Source of the DNA: Octopus sinensis
Taxonomy: Eukaryota
Length of the DNA stretch: 64,000 nt
Assembly: GCF_006345805.1 (NCBI RefSeq)
Contig: NC_043000.1
Location: forward strand, 73,656,001 to 73,720,000
Reading direction: 5' to 3'
Shown: piece after piece, positions 1-11,343 of the stretch
How the letters are laid out: the number at the start of each line of letters is the position of its first letter
How positions within the stretch are numbered: position 1 is the first letter of the stretch
Notes under the pieces: generated by a model
What the model was told of the DNA's origin: nothing
Database searches by the model: none
Seen by the model: the letters and a program-made list of their open reading frames with translations, nothing else
Translations under genes and position numbers: made by a program

Positions 1-384
1 TTGCTATTTCTAGCAGGTTGAATGTGTAGAGATCATTGGCTCAAAAATAGGCTTAAGAATTTTGTTTGAGAGAACTTAAGTTAAAGTCAGTATAATTTTT
101 GAAATCTAGAAACCAGTTTGTATTATACAACAAAAAAAAAACCCTAACATTTTAAGCACTGTCTAATTATAACAGAAAGTACAACCATAATATAAATGTA
201 CAAGAATGATGATTTAGACTACCTATAAGAATCTGTAGTTTTGTAACATTTTTTACTTGTTAATTCTAAAAACAAATTTAGCAAACATATGTTTACACCA
301 AGAGAAAAAAAGGTGGTGGGAGTAATTATGATAGCAATCCTGGTCAAAATATATATCTTATTTGAAAGAAACATTGAAAAATCA

Positions 385-693
385 TGTTTGAAGGAAAAAT
401 AGGATGTTCAAGGTTTGAAAGTCTTCCAATCATTGATATTCTCAGTGAGGTCTGAGTTAGGTCTAAACCCCACATAATATTAATTATTAGGTTTGAATAT
501 CATAGCCTTTCATATTACTTAGATCAATATATTCACTATCAAGACACTAGTTTTGCACACTGTCTAATATATTGATCTAAGTAGTATGGAAGTATTATGT
601 GGAGTTGTTGTTTATACCTAACTCAGATCTGATTGAGAATATCGATAATTAAAGACTTTCAAACCCTGAACATCCTGATTTTTCCTTCAAACA
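385..693. repeat. ~310-bp imperfect foldback (MITE-like palindrome)
   Basis: TGTTTGAAGGAAAAATAGGATGTTCAAGGTTTGAAAGTCTT (385-) is the near reverse complement of AAGACTTTCAAACCCTGAACATCCTGATTTTTCCTTCAAACA (-693); inner arms (~430-530 vs ~570-645) also pair. Confidence 0.8.
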
Positions 694-988
694 GTGAACC
701 TAGAATAACATTATTTAAAGTGTCTTTTTTGTTGTTTTGTTTTCAAGAGAGTAAGGTATAATTTGAGGAAGGTTTAGCTACTATTTCTAGCAAGTTGAAT
801 GCCCACAGAATTTTCTTCAATGGCTTGTAGAGACATGGGTTTTTATGAGAGAATGGTGGGTAAAGTTCTTCAAAGTTTCAAAAGAAATTTTGGTATGATG
901 CAACAATATGCCATGGTGCTTATCTTGTGTTGTTTCCTCTGATGTTTATGTTGGTGCAAAAATAATTGTAATTCTTTTGGAATAAAAT

Positions 989-1073
989 CTATTTAACTAT
1001 GATTATGCCTATAAGCAAAGATGGCAGAACAGCTTGAAAGCTTCCAGAAGTAGATGGTGACATTTGCACCTCA
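989..1073 (-). CDS. Probable last coding exon of EF-hand protein gene: (N)EVQMSPSTSGSFQAVLPSLLIGIIIVK*
   Basis: Minus-strand acceptor tttgttgactttttgttcttccAG; phase 2 matches the preceding exon (AA|T); open to TAG at 991-989. The true last exon could instead lie outside the window. Confidence 0.55.
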
Positions 1074-1417
1074 CTGGAAGAACAAAAAGTCAACAAACTA
1101 AAATATTAAAAAAAACAACAAAAAACATCACTGTTGTAATGTCTAATCTGTGCTTCTTTTGCACTGTGGTACCATTGAATAAGTCATTGGCTCTTGGGCT
1201 TGAGAATTTTTTACTACCAGAATAAACAAACTTGTTTCTTGTCAGCAAAAATATAAAGATTCTAATGATTATTATTTTGATAAATGAAATTTATTCTGAG
1301 GTACATTGTCTTATGATAGCTATATATTCCACACACATACACACACAGATACAAAAATTCAATACAGATGGACATACATTTTATTGCATATGTATAGATA
1401 TATTTCAAAATAGGTGT

Positions 1418-1605
1418 GGTATAGGTGCAGGCATGGCTGGGTGGTTAAATTTGCTTCTTAACCACATGATTTTGGGTTCAGTCCCACCATGTGGCACTTT
1501 GGACAAGAGTCTTTCTACTATAGCTTTGGGCAAGCCAAAAATAAAAAAAAGCTTTGTGAGTGAATTTGGTAGACAGAAATTGAAAGAAGCCAGTCAAATG
1601 TGTGT
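1418..1605 (+). mobile_element. tRNA-derived SINE (family A, 5' part)
   Basis: AGGTGCAGGCATGGCTGGGTGGTT...GGTTCAGTCCCAC...GGCACTTTGGACAAG; homologous copies at 7484, 28520, 55070(-), 56664. Confidence 0.75.
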
Positions 1606-1860
1606 GTGTATGAATGATCTTGTCTTGACAACACATGATCATTGTAAATGAGGGTCATTGTCATCTAAGCAGTGTTGTCCATTTCCAATATTATGCAAAA
1701 ATGTGTCTGGCTATAGGGAACTATTACCTAGCTTGGAGAGAGGTAAGAAATGCAGACAGGAAGGTCAAAAAATTTGCCTCAATAAACTTTGTCCAACTTG
1801 TGGATGCATGGAAAAGTGAACATTAAAATGATGATTATTATAAAAAGAAAAGTGACATAC

Positions 1861-1955
1861 TTCTTAATCAATCCAGGATATTTGTGCATGTAAATGATGA
1901 AATCCTTTTCTTGAATTTTTGCATCCTTATCAGGATCAATATCTTCCATAAGTTT
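1861..1955 (-). CDS. Internal exon, EF-hand 2: KLMEDIDPDKDAKIQEKDFIIYMHKYPGLIK
   Basis: Acceptor ttattttctgttgtAG, donor AA|GTATGT; 95 nt, phase 0 to 2; loop DPDKDAKIQEKD fits D-x-D-x-D-x-x-I-x-x-x-D; joins in frame to the exon ending at 6077. Confidence 0.85.
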
Positions 1956-2169
1956 CTACAACAGAAAATAATAGTAAAAATTTTTTATTTAAACATGAGG
2001 CCTCAGTTATGAGTGGTGGAGTATAGAGAATTTGGTCCACTCTAATATTCAAATGGCACTTATCCTATCAATTCTGGAAGGATGAACGTAAGGATTTCAC
2101 AACTAAATGTTGCAAAATATTTCGTCTATCACACTTCTGATCATACCAACCCACAGGCCAGATAATAAT

Positions 2170-2580
2170 CTTTTCTACTATAGGCACAAGGCTTGCAATT
2201 TTGTGAAAGGGGGCTAGTTGATTATAATAAGTCCAGCACTTGACTGGTACCTATTTTATCAACTCAGAAAGGGTAAAAGGCAAAATATCAATAATAGTTT
2301 TTATTCTTAAGCACAAGGCCTGCAATTTTGAAGCGAGAAGCTTAGTATCATCAATCCCAGTTTTTAGACTGGTACATTATTTTATTGACCTTAAAAGAAA
2401 GTTCAAATCTCAATGAGATTAATTTTGCCGAAGTAAATGAATCAGAAGAAATGTCAAAAGGCATTTTTCCCAAAGCTCTATCAATTCTAACAATCCTCTA
2501 CCCAGATAATATTGGTTTCAAATTTCAGCACAAGGCCAGCAATTTTAGTGGGAAGGGTTGATTGCATCAACCTAGTTATT
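2170..2580 (-). mobile_element. Cluster of decayed SINE fragments (family D)
   Basis: Three partial copies of the GCACAAGGCCTG...ACTGGTAC...TTTAT motif, best preserved at 4755-4962. Confidence 0.6.
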
Positions 2581-2589
2581 GCCTGGAAT

Positions 2590-3600
2590 AATAATGAACA
2601 CAAAGAACAAAATAAAAGTCTTGAGAATGCAGGCTGCAAAAATAAATCTAACATATGGAGAACATGTTAATGAAGTAATAACCAAACAGGATAAAGCCTA
2701 AATTTTAGAATAGAAAGTTTCAATGATAATCCATGATAGTCTAAAGTTGGGAATAATTAAAAAATTACAAAAAGCAGAAGACCTTCATATGGGTTTCAAA
2801 AAAATCCCTTCTGAAGATAAAAGTCAATAAATACAATAATGAATGCAAACTTAACCATCACAGACTTAAAGGAAGCTAACAAAATTAACATCATTAGTTT
2901 AGATGATACATGCAATAGCCATTTGTTAAGAAGGAAAGTACAGAACTACAGAAACAGGAATATAAGAACCAAAACATGAGAAACATATATACATTAAAAG
3001 ATAGAAAATAGAAAAGATTTCTCAGTCCTCGGCAAAATCAGTAAGAAAGTGATGCAACAAAACTGAAACAAAGAAAAACAAATACTACAGAAATGAAGCA
3101 TTAAATAAAAGAATGCCTGAAACAATGCAGCTTCATCTAATTACAAAGAATTCTATGAACAAAAACAGTTTTATTCCAACCCAGAATGATTTTACTGAGA
3201 ACTTCATAAAAATAAAATAGAAACCAATACAGCATCAATTCAATGGCAAGAGCAGTTAGTACAAGAATTTGCCATGGAAATTTATATAGAAAAATGTGCC
3301 AAGACAACCTTAAGGATAGAAAGATTCAGAACAATATAGACTAACGAAAGGTATAGAAATACTTAGGAATGAATGAACTTGACAATGTACAATGTACACA
3401 ACTGAGAGAAAATAGTAGGAAGCATCATTATAAATGTATTAGATTAATACATAAAACAGCTAAATGAAAAACAATGTATTTAGTATCAATACTTTAGCTG
3501 CTCTAATAAGTTAGTTATATTCTCAACTGGATGCAAAGCAAACTAGTAAAGCTGAACAGAAGATAGAAAAGCATTAAAAAAGTATTTATTACTATCATCA
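2590..3600 (+). mobile_element. Decayed R4/Dong-clade LINE, RT region
   Basis: Broken translation QEFAMEIYIEKCAK (cf. DIGMEFGIEKCA), LGMNE, YYKCIRLIHK..LN.KN..SINTLA, NWMQSKLVKLNR. Confidence 0.7.
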
Positions 3601-3880
3601 GTCAAACTCGATCAGATTTGTATGATGATTCTCCACCTATCTGTCTTCCAAGGCATTTAATAGTTCTTATTGACAACATCTGTTACCTGATCAAAGAATG
3701 TTTTCACAGGGCAACCAACATGCAACATGATTATGAACATGTAGAGGAGTCCAAGTTGGATATCACTGACCAGCTCTTCCTTACTTCTCCAGCAGTGTCC
3801 AGTAAAGGAAACTCCTTTCTCTGATTGTGACTGATATTTTGGAAGCTTACTGGAGCCTTTCTTAGTTGGTGTGTTCTTTT
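3600..3880 (-). mobile_element. RTE-type LINE 3' fragment
   Basis: Minus-strand FTGHCWRSKEELVSDI resembles the RTE C-terminal GHCWRSKDELISD motif. Confidence 0.65.
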
Positions 3881-4344
3881 TAGGACAGATTCAGAAATAT
3901 AAGACTAGGTCTTTCACCACTTACTCACATTCTTTAACCACACTTCCTTCGCAATATCCTGCCACTTATATTATGGCATTTGAACATCAAGGGTATGCCC
4001 TGCACTTGCCACCTCTCTCTTCCTTTACTCTTCCTATATCTCTCTCTTCCTTTACTCAACCATCACATTTATATTCTGATCCCTGTTCCTTGTGAGTATG
4101 CCCAGCATTTTGCTACCATCTATCCTGCTGTCTCCCACTTTCTCTCCTTCTCCTTCACTTCCCTTAGGTTGTCTTCATTCCTGATCTTTCTCTCTCCGGC
4201 TGGGTAACTTTGAATTTCCTCTACAGCAAGACACCTGTATCTGTCTCACTATAACCTTTTCATCATCCAACACAAGATCACCTCCTCCAATGCCTCCTCT
4301 CCTCTTGAAATTTTTTGTTTGTTTTTTTTTTGTCTAGCAAGTAC

Positions 4345-4635
4345 TTGGTGACCGTGTCAGTGCAGGTGCCACTTAAAAGCACCCAAACCACACTGTAAAG
4401 TAGTTGGTGTTCAGAAGGGCATCTAGCTGTAAAAACCTTGGCAAAACTGACCTAGCTTATGCTTGTGCCATGTAAAAAGCACTAAATCCACTCTGCTGAG
4501 TGGTTGATGTTAGGAAAAGCATCCACCTTTAAAAATTCTGCCAAAACAGTCACAGAAGTCGGGTGCAGGCTCTAGTAAAACTGTACCACCCATGCTAGCA
4601 TGGAAGGCAGATATTAAACCATGATGATGATGATG
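4345..4635 (+). mobile_element. SINE / RTE 3'-tail repeat (family B) ending in (GAT)n
   Basis: GTGCCAC.TAAAAGCAC...GTGGTTG..GTTAGGAA..GCATC...CCCATGCTAGCATGGAA...TAAAC.ATGATGATG; copies at 46880-47205 and 54785-54975. Confidence 0.75.
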
Positions 4636-4754
4636 ACACAAATATCAAGTAAGGAAATTTTATACAAAGGGAAATTTATATAAGGAAATTTTATACAAAA
4701 AGCTTTAAAGCATGAATGAAAGAAAAATTCTTTTCTGTCCTCAAGGAAATCCTT

Positions 4755-4962
4755 TCTATTATAGGCACAAGGTCTGAAATTTGGGGGAGGGGGCTTGTCA
4801 ATTACATCGACCCCTAGTACTCAACTGGTACTTAATTTATCAACCCCAAATGGATGAAAGATAAAGTTAGCCTCAGTGGAATTTGAACTCAGAACATAGT
4901 GACAAGTGAAATACCACTAAGCATTTCGTCTAGCATGCTAACAATTCTGCCAGCTCGCTACC
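4755..4962 (-). mobile_element. tRNA-derived SINE (family D)
   Basis: Minus strand begins GCGAGCTGGCAGAATTGTTAGCATG with a GTTCTGAGTTCAAATTCC B-box-like segment; fragments at 2170-2580, 5865, 7920, 38240. Confidence 0.7.
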
Positions 4963-4964
4963 TT

Positions 4965-5830
4965 TCTGTCCTCAAAGAAATCAACAAATACAAAATCAGT
5001 GAGTTAAGGAAAAAGGAGAAACAACAGAAACTGTAATAAAGCTAAAATCGAAGCTAAATATGGAACCATAGAATGCCATGAAATAGTGGTGACCAGAAAA
5101 ACCCTTATGCAGTCACAATCTGGAAAAGCCAAAAAAGTTGAAAAAAGGCAAGGAAAAATTGCAACACTGACTGAGAAGCACACAGTTTAAAGCCCTGAAA
5201 GCTTCTTGATATTGGAACAGGATCAAAGCTTCCTCACCAGAAAACACAAAAAGTATATAATGAAGCAGAATTACATTAGAATGTAGAGATCATCTCTAGC
5301 TGCTCAATATTAGACATAATATCATTATGAAATACTAATAGAAAAGAATTTGTATAAGCATACATCAGAAAGGGTCTCTGAGAACGACAAAGTGGTTGTA
5401 CTCTGGGACATGTCAATATATACAGAGAGAAAGATCAAGGATAATGCGTCAAATATTCTTATTAAGGAAGCATCAGGAAAAGAACTACCTCAAAATTAAT
5501 GTCTCAATCCCAACAAATAATTTATCTCTCAAAGAAATGGAGTAATTATTCAAATACAAAAATCTGGAAATAGAACAAAACTGAATGTGGAGGCTGTAAA
5601 TAGAGGCAATCCTTATAATGATTGCATGTTTTTCTTTTTTATCTCTCCCAAAGCAGCTGACATGCATAACAGAAACCCCAAGCTTTAGAAAAATATACAA
5701 CAGAAAATAGTAATACAAGGAAATATGCACATTACATAGAGTGCTTACAATAATAAACAAAACCAAAATCAAAAACACTGTACATAACCAAGGCACACAG
5801 AACTGTGCTTGATTGTGTAGAAAAATATAT
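4965..5830 (+). mobile_element. Decayed R4/Dong LINE, restriction-like endonuclease end
   Basis: ERVSENDKVVVLWDMSIYTERKIKDNASNILIK...INVSIP...KEME*LFKYKNLEIE matches the R4 EN..ILWD..TD...RPDI..IDVAIP..KE.EK..KY.DL pattern. Confidence 0.75.
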
Positions 5831-6076
5831 ATAATAAAAGTAGGACTACTTATAATTATAATCTCTACTATAGCCACAAGGCCTAAAAATTTATGGGGAG
5901 GGACTAGTTAATTACATCAGCCCCAATAGATCTGGAGTATTGAGAGAATATTTTGTCAATGGAGGCATCACAGAACCACAGCTGGGATACAAACTACTGA
6001 AACATTCAACTGGTCATCTGCAGTTCTTAATTTCTGTATTAGAAACAAAGAGGAAAATAGTAAGACATTTTATTAC

Positions 6077-6214
6077 CTCTAGCAGTCTGTTATTACAACC
6101 AAGATACACCATAAGGTTTGCAAACTCAGTGGGAGTTAAGAAACCATGTTTGTTAGTGTCCATAGACTGAAACTCTGCCTGAAGATAAACATCAACTGGT
6201 GGGGGTTTAGCCAT
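6077..6214 (-). CDS. First coding exon, EF-hand 1: MAKPPPVDVYLQAEFQSMDTNKHGFLTPTEFANLMVYLGCNNRLLE (exon 6077-6272)
   Basis: Acceptor ttttctttttctctAG before 6272, Kozak-like aaagATGG, loop DTNKHGFLTPTE, donor GAG|GTAATA (phase 0). Confidence 0.85.
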
Positions 6215-7065
6215 CTTTGGTGCTACTGAGCTAACCAAGTGAGGTTTCGTCAGAGGTGTCCTTCTCAAGAGCCTAGAGAAAAAGAAAAATTAAAGTATAC
6301 ATCAAAATGGAGGGGGTAATATCAAATATCAACTAGAACATTTAACTAAAGCTACAATAATCATGTTCACAGACGAAGATCAGTTACTAAACTTGACAAA
6401 TTGAGTAGGTTTATGAGTTATGACAGCTAAAGGCTGAAAAATTAGATATGTATTGGTTGTAGAATTGAAAGTGAAGAAAGAAAGAAACAACAAAGCAATG
6501 AGAATGATAGTTAGTCACTTGGAAAGAGTGTGAAGATAGAATTATATATTGAGAGGAAGAGAAAAAAAGACATGGTGTTGAAAGTGTATGGGAAGAAAGA
6601 AAGAGGCAAAGTGAGAAACAAAAAGAAAGGAAAGGGTAAGATGTTAAGATGTATATGGTTAAGAAACCCAAATAGACATGATTGTGAACACATGCATAAA
6701 CACAAACTTGAAAAAATATATAAAATGTTTTCAGTAGTAGACAATAAAAACCTGAAAGCAACAACTCAGTGTATTGTTAATAATATTTTATCAAACACAG
6801 GTGATACTTTACTGATTATTCACTTGTCATGCATCATTAAATATGATATAAAATTATTGGTATAAGTAATGTTGGTAAAACTGTCTCATCAGCTTTAATA
6901 GAGTGGGGTAAAGGGAGAGAGTGAGAAAGAAGAGAAAGATTAAGAACTGTGATAGGATCAATCTGACAGTTTCTCACCAACTAATGTGTGTTCTGTTTAT
7001 AAGGATAATTCTAACCCTGAATGGAAATTGTGCATGAAAGAGGATTTTTGGCAGACTAGCTGTCT

Positions 7066-7285
7066 GCTTTTCGTTACCAACCTGGCCAAAACCGGCTCTG
7101 GCTCTGAGTTCAAATGTCTTATTTTCATAAGTTTTGAATTAAAATCTTCCACCAAACCTTAGTCTCAATTTATGTTTGTAATACTAGCTTAATGATAACT
7201 AAGTTATTTTACTAAATTCTTTATTATATTTAAAGTAATTGAAAGAAACACAGAGCATCTCAAAATAAATACAGTAACGAAAGGG
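7066..7285. mobile_element. piggyBac-type MITE
   Basis: Right end GTAACGAAAGGG followed by TTAA; left end an eroded (C)TTTTCGTTAC inverted copy. Confidence 0.6.
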
Positions 7286-7483
7286 TTAAATAACCAATTT
7301 TAAGTGACAGAAAAAGAAAGAACAGAGTGATGGATGGTAAAATTGCTGAACTAAAAGCATCAGTATTCAAATCTCCCCAAAGTTAAGAAAATAAGTATTA
7401 GTCAAGTATGGCAGACAGGGCAATTCAGTCAAGTATGGCCTCTTTGAAAATGAGTGTCACTTGATGAAGTTTTTAAAAAATCA

Positions 7484-7880
7484 TAGGTGCAGGAGTGGCT
7501 GTGTGGTAAGTAGCTTGCTTACCAACCACATGGTTCCGGGTTCATTTCCACTGTGTGGCACCATGAGCAAGTGTCTTCTGCTATAGCCTCAGGCCAACAA
7601 CAGCCTTGTGAGTGGATTTGGTAGATGGAAACTGAAAGAAGCCTGTCATATATATGTATGTGTGTGCATATGTTTGTGTCTGTGTTTGTCCCCCAACATC
7701 ACTTGACAACCGATGCTGGTGTGTTTACATCTCTGTAACTTAGTGGTTTGGCAAAAGAGACCGATAGAATAAGTACTAGGCTTCCAAAGAATAAGTCCTG
7801 GGGTCAATTTGCTCGACTAAAGGCGGTGCTCCAGCATGGCTGCAGTCAAATGACTGAAACAAGTAAAAGAGTAAGAGTAA
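7484..7880 (+). mobile_element. Near full-length SINE family A
   Basis: AGGTGCAGGAGTGGCTGTGTGGTAAG...GGTTCCGGGTTC...central (TG)n...GACTGAAACAAGTAAAAGAG. Confidence 0.85.
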
Positions 7881-9087
7881 ATATTTTATGATCTCAGAAG
7901 AAGAATAGGCAAAAATGAACAGAGGTGAAATTTGAACCCCAAATATAGAGGAATGAAAGTAAATACTGTAAGGCATTTGGTCTGGTGATCTGCAGTTTCT
8001 TTTAATCCACTACCTTCCATGCCCAAGTTTGTTCAAGGAAGTAAACAAGTGTATGAGTGATTTGAAAATTAGGTGTTTTGACAAAAGACTAGGTAGAATC
8101 AAGTAGTGTACTTCAGACTGGCAGAGATTACAAGTTGAATGCAGCCTACAGTGTTTGACTCAAATTACATTTGTAGATATAGCTTGGAGAATGAGGAACA
8201 CCAACAAACCAATTTGCTTTCCATTAAATGAGTGATGAGTGAAGCCTTCCAGTGGAGCCAGTCAGAAGATTCAAAATTAAAGGAAAACATAAAAGAGGAG
8301 TGCTACATTTCATTATTAACTCCAATAGAGTTTTTATTTATGTTTTTTGTCAGTCTGAATACCCCTTCTTAAGCCCTATAAGACTGAAAAGGGATAGGGA
8401 GAATTTGGTGAAGTTAATTCACTTAATTTTCAGTTTGAACTATTTATTACTGCTTAACATTGTGGGAAAAGAAAAAACAATACCAAGTCTAGGAATTTAG
8501 AAACCTACAAGAAATCAATATGAATCGTGCTTAGCCCCTGACATATAATACAGTTAATGTAGATTTAATATAAATAACAATTTTCACTATATTGATGATA
8601 AATGAGGCAAATATGCTTGTAAAATTTTATTTTCCCACTCCCCTTGTGTACATATAAAAAGCATCAGAAAAAAAATATTCAGCTTAAAAGTGTGTGTTCA
8701 TTTCTAATCTTGATTATTACTACTTAATTTCATAAAATCCATCTTGATCTGGTTTAACACCTCTGTTTGGCCCATAGGTGTCTTTAGCAGAGCCTATTCC
8801 TTTGGAAACATTCAGGCCAGGTCTATGGCTTGAGGGCAAGTTTCATTCACTAGTCTTGAAAGCCTTGACAAAGATCATGGACACTGCATTTCCTCTCCCC
8901 ACTAAGCCAACATAACAAAATATTCAGAAGAACTGTATGATTGTGAAACCGAAGATTTTAATTCTACTTGATATAATATAAAGGATTATAATAGTATGTT
9001 TTACTCTACTAAAATACAATATTTAAATCAAACCTTGGTTACTGCAGAAAATGTTAGAATTAATATAGGATTCATCTGTATATGTAC

Positions 9088-9249
9088 CTCTTTGTTTTCT
9101 ATGTCACTTTTATGTTTGTGTTTTCGCTTCCTATTATACACCTTACACACAAACACACATGAAAAACACAAACACAATGTAATAGTTGACACAGTCACAG
9201 CTGTCATCAAAATTGCTGATTCCAAAACTTGAATTTAGACAGCAGCATT
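9088..9249 (-). other. Candidate upstream exon carrying a hydrophobic small ORF (MTAVTVSTITLCLCFSCVFVCKVYNRKRKHKHKSDIENKE)
   Basis: Acceptor tccttttcatttatccAG, donor GAG|GTACAT; hydrophobic run followed by RKRKHKHK. Low-complexity TG/A-rich composition could mimic this. Confidence 0.35.
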
Positions 9250-10202
9250 CTGGATAAATGAAAAGGACATGAGGGAGGACATAGGATGGGCATTTGATAT
9301 AGTGCCAAAATGGAATTAAGAGGGAGGTGAATGGACATGGCTGATCAAAGTATGGGGAGGATTGTTGCTAGAGGTTTGACTGTCTGCTTGAATGATTGTG
9401 ATTGTAATTTTACTATAGCTGTGTGGCCTTATGTAAATTTTAGTAATTCAGAATACTGAATGCAATCAACATGGGAAGGTTGTTGGTGACTAAGAGCTGA
9501 TAAAAGAATAGCACATTTAAATCCCTGTCCCATAAAGCTGACGAGAAAGAGAGGGAGTCTACATGTTCCGGCCCCTTGGCCTCATGATCACCTGCAATAA
9601 TGGTGTGAATGTTTTGGGTTGCCTTAAATATTCCTTATTGAGGAATTTAATTGAGAGAATGTTTGTCTTTTTGACTAATTTTTGTTATTTTGTTATACTT
9701 CTATGAGTTGTATTTTTAATGATTAAAGTTATTCATAAATTTTATAAGCAGCTGATTTACCCCATTTCTGGATAACTCTGAGTTATAATTTTTCACTTTC
9801 CAGCAATCTGGGATCATCCCATAAAATATTGTCATAAATATTGTTATTTTTCTTTAAGGATGACTAAAGTGTTGAACATTGGGCTGAAATGTCATACAAC
9901 TTTGAATTTTGTTCCATTCATTTTAAGTTCCAGTGCTGTGAAAGACAATTTTACTTTTCATCTATCAGGAGTTGACCAAAATATAAATAATATATTGCAG
10001 ATGAGGTGGATTAATGGTTTTATTACTTTCTACAAGATCTTCATGGTTGTTTGGCTCCAGGTCAGCTCTGTTTGGACAGCCCTATAATCAAAGCCAATAC
10101 AGTCAGAACCATTCTGTCATTTTATACAGAGACTACGTTGTTCTCCTTTTAAGATAGTATGGTGTGATTTAAGTTAAATTTAGCTGCTGTCCCTAAGCCA
10201 GA

Positions 10203-10761
10203 CATATATATATATATATATATATACATATATATACATATATATATATATATATATTTCTCCCTCCCTCTTCCCCTTCCTCTGCTCCCTCACTCCCTCT
10301 CTCCCCCTCTCTCTCTTTCCTCCTTCATCCCCCTCCTCCCCTTCCTTCTCCCCCTTCCTCTCCTCTTCCCTCTTCTCCTCCCCCTCTTCTTCCCCTCCCC
10401 TTCTCTCCCCCTCTTCCCCCTCCCCCTCTTCCCCCTCCCCCTCTTCCCCTCCCCCTCCCCCTCTTCTCCTCACTACACCACTGACTTTACACATCACATC
10501 ACATATGATGTGCCATACTAATACACACACCAACTAATACATACTAATACGTACTAATACATACTAGTACATACTAATACTTACACCAACCCTATACATA
10601 CACACGTCCAGACCCCGCATACGCACTTATACTCTCTCACACACACACACCCACATACCTATACATACCAATACGTACTAATACATACTACTACATCTAT
10701 AATACAACCAACCCCATACATACGCATGTCCAGACCAATCTTACGCACTAATACTCTCTCT

Positions 10762-10796
<35 letters not shown>

Positions 10797-10860
10797 ATAC
10801 ATACTAATACATACACCAACCCTATACATACACACATCCAGACCCCTCCCACGCACTTTT
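10203..10860. repeat. (TA)n, (CCCCT)n polypyrimidine tract and three ~120-140-bp tandem units containing TACTAATAC 9-mers
   Basis: Directly visible; recurring CCAACCCTATACATACAC..GTCCAGACC at ~10585, ~10710, ~10815. Confidence 0.85.
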
Positions 10861-10929
10861 AGCTGGTCCCTCAACCCATTTATCAACCCTATTATCTCCC
10901 TTATTTCGCTCTCGCATCTCATGTTTGAT

Positions 10930-11164
10930 CTTTGACCTCTGGCCGAAATCAGATCGCCATGTTGATTCGTTAGCTACTGCACGCATTTTTTTTCTCTCCT
11001 TCTTTCTGTGTTTTTCTCTCTCTGTGTATCTTTCTGTTGAAGAGCGTAGGCTCGAAACGTTAAAGACTTGTTTTATTTATATTTCCTGAGCGCCATACTA
11101 ATATACAATTGTTCGTTTGTTTCCACCTGCCTTCGTCTTTTGTTTATTTTCATAAAGCTTCCCG

Positions 11165-11165
<1 letters not shown>
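10930..11165 (+). mobile_element. Penelope-like terminal repeat (pLTR) abutting (TA)n
   Basis: Near-identical copy at 45060-45262, also ending CTTCCCGT-(TA)n; contains hammerhead-like CTGTTGAAGAGCGTAGGCTCGAAACGT. Confidence 0.7.
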
Positions 11166-11225
<60 letters not shown>

Positions 11226-11236
11226 TATACATATAC

Positions 11237-11269
<33 letters not shown>

Positions 11270-11290
11270 ATATACACACACATACATACA

Positions 11291-11342
<52 letters not shown>

Positions 11343-11343
<1 letters not shown>

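Noticed and set aside
6034-6076. 43-nt GT..AG mini-intron giving KLRTADDQLNVSVVCIPAVVL*
   Set aside because: Shorter than typical animal introns; the 1861-1955 exon gives a proper second EF-hand
10180-10533. Gly/Glu-rich 117-aa ORF
   Set aside because: Translation of the (AGGGG)n low-complexity tract
10540-10860. CRISPR-like spaced repeats
   Set aside because: Eukaryotic context; the spacers are themselves homologous, so this is a tandem minisatellite
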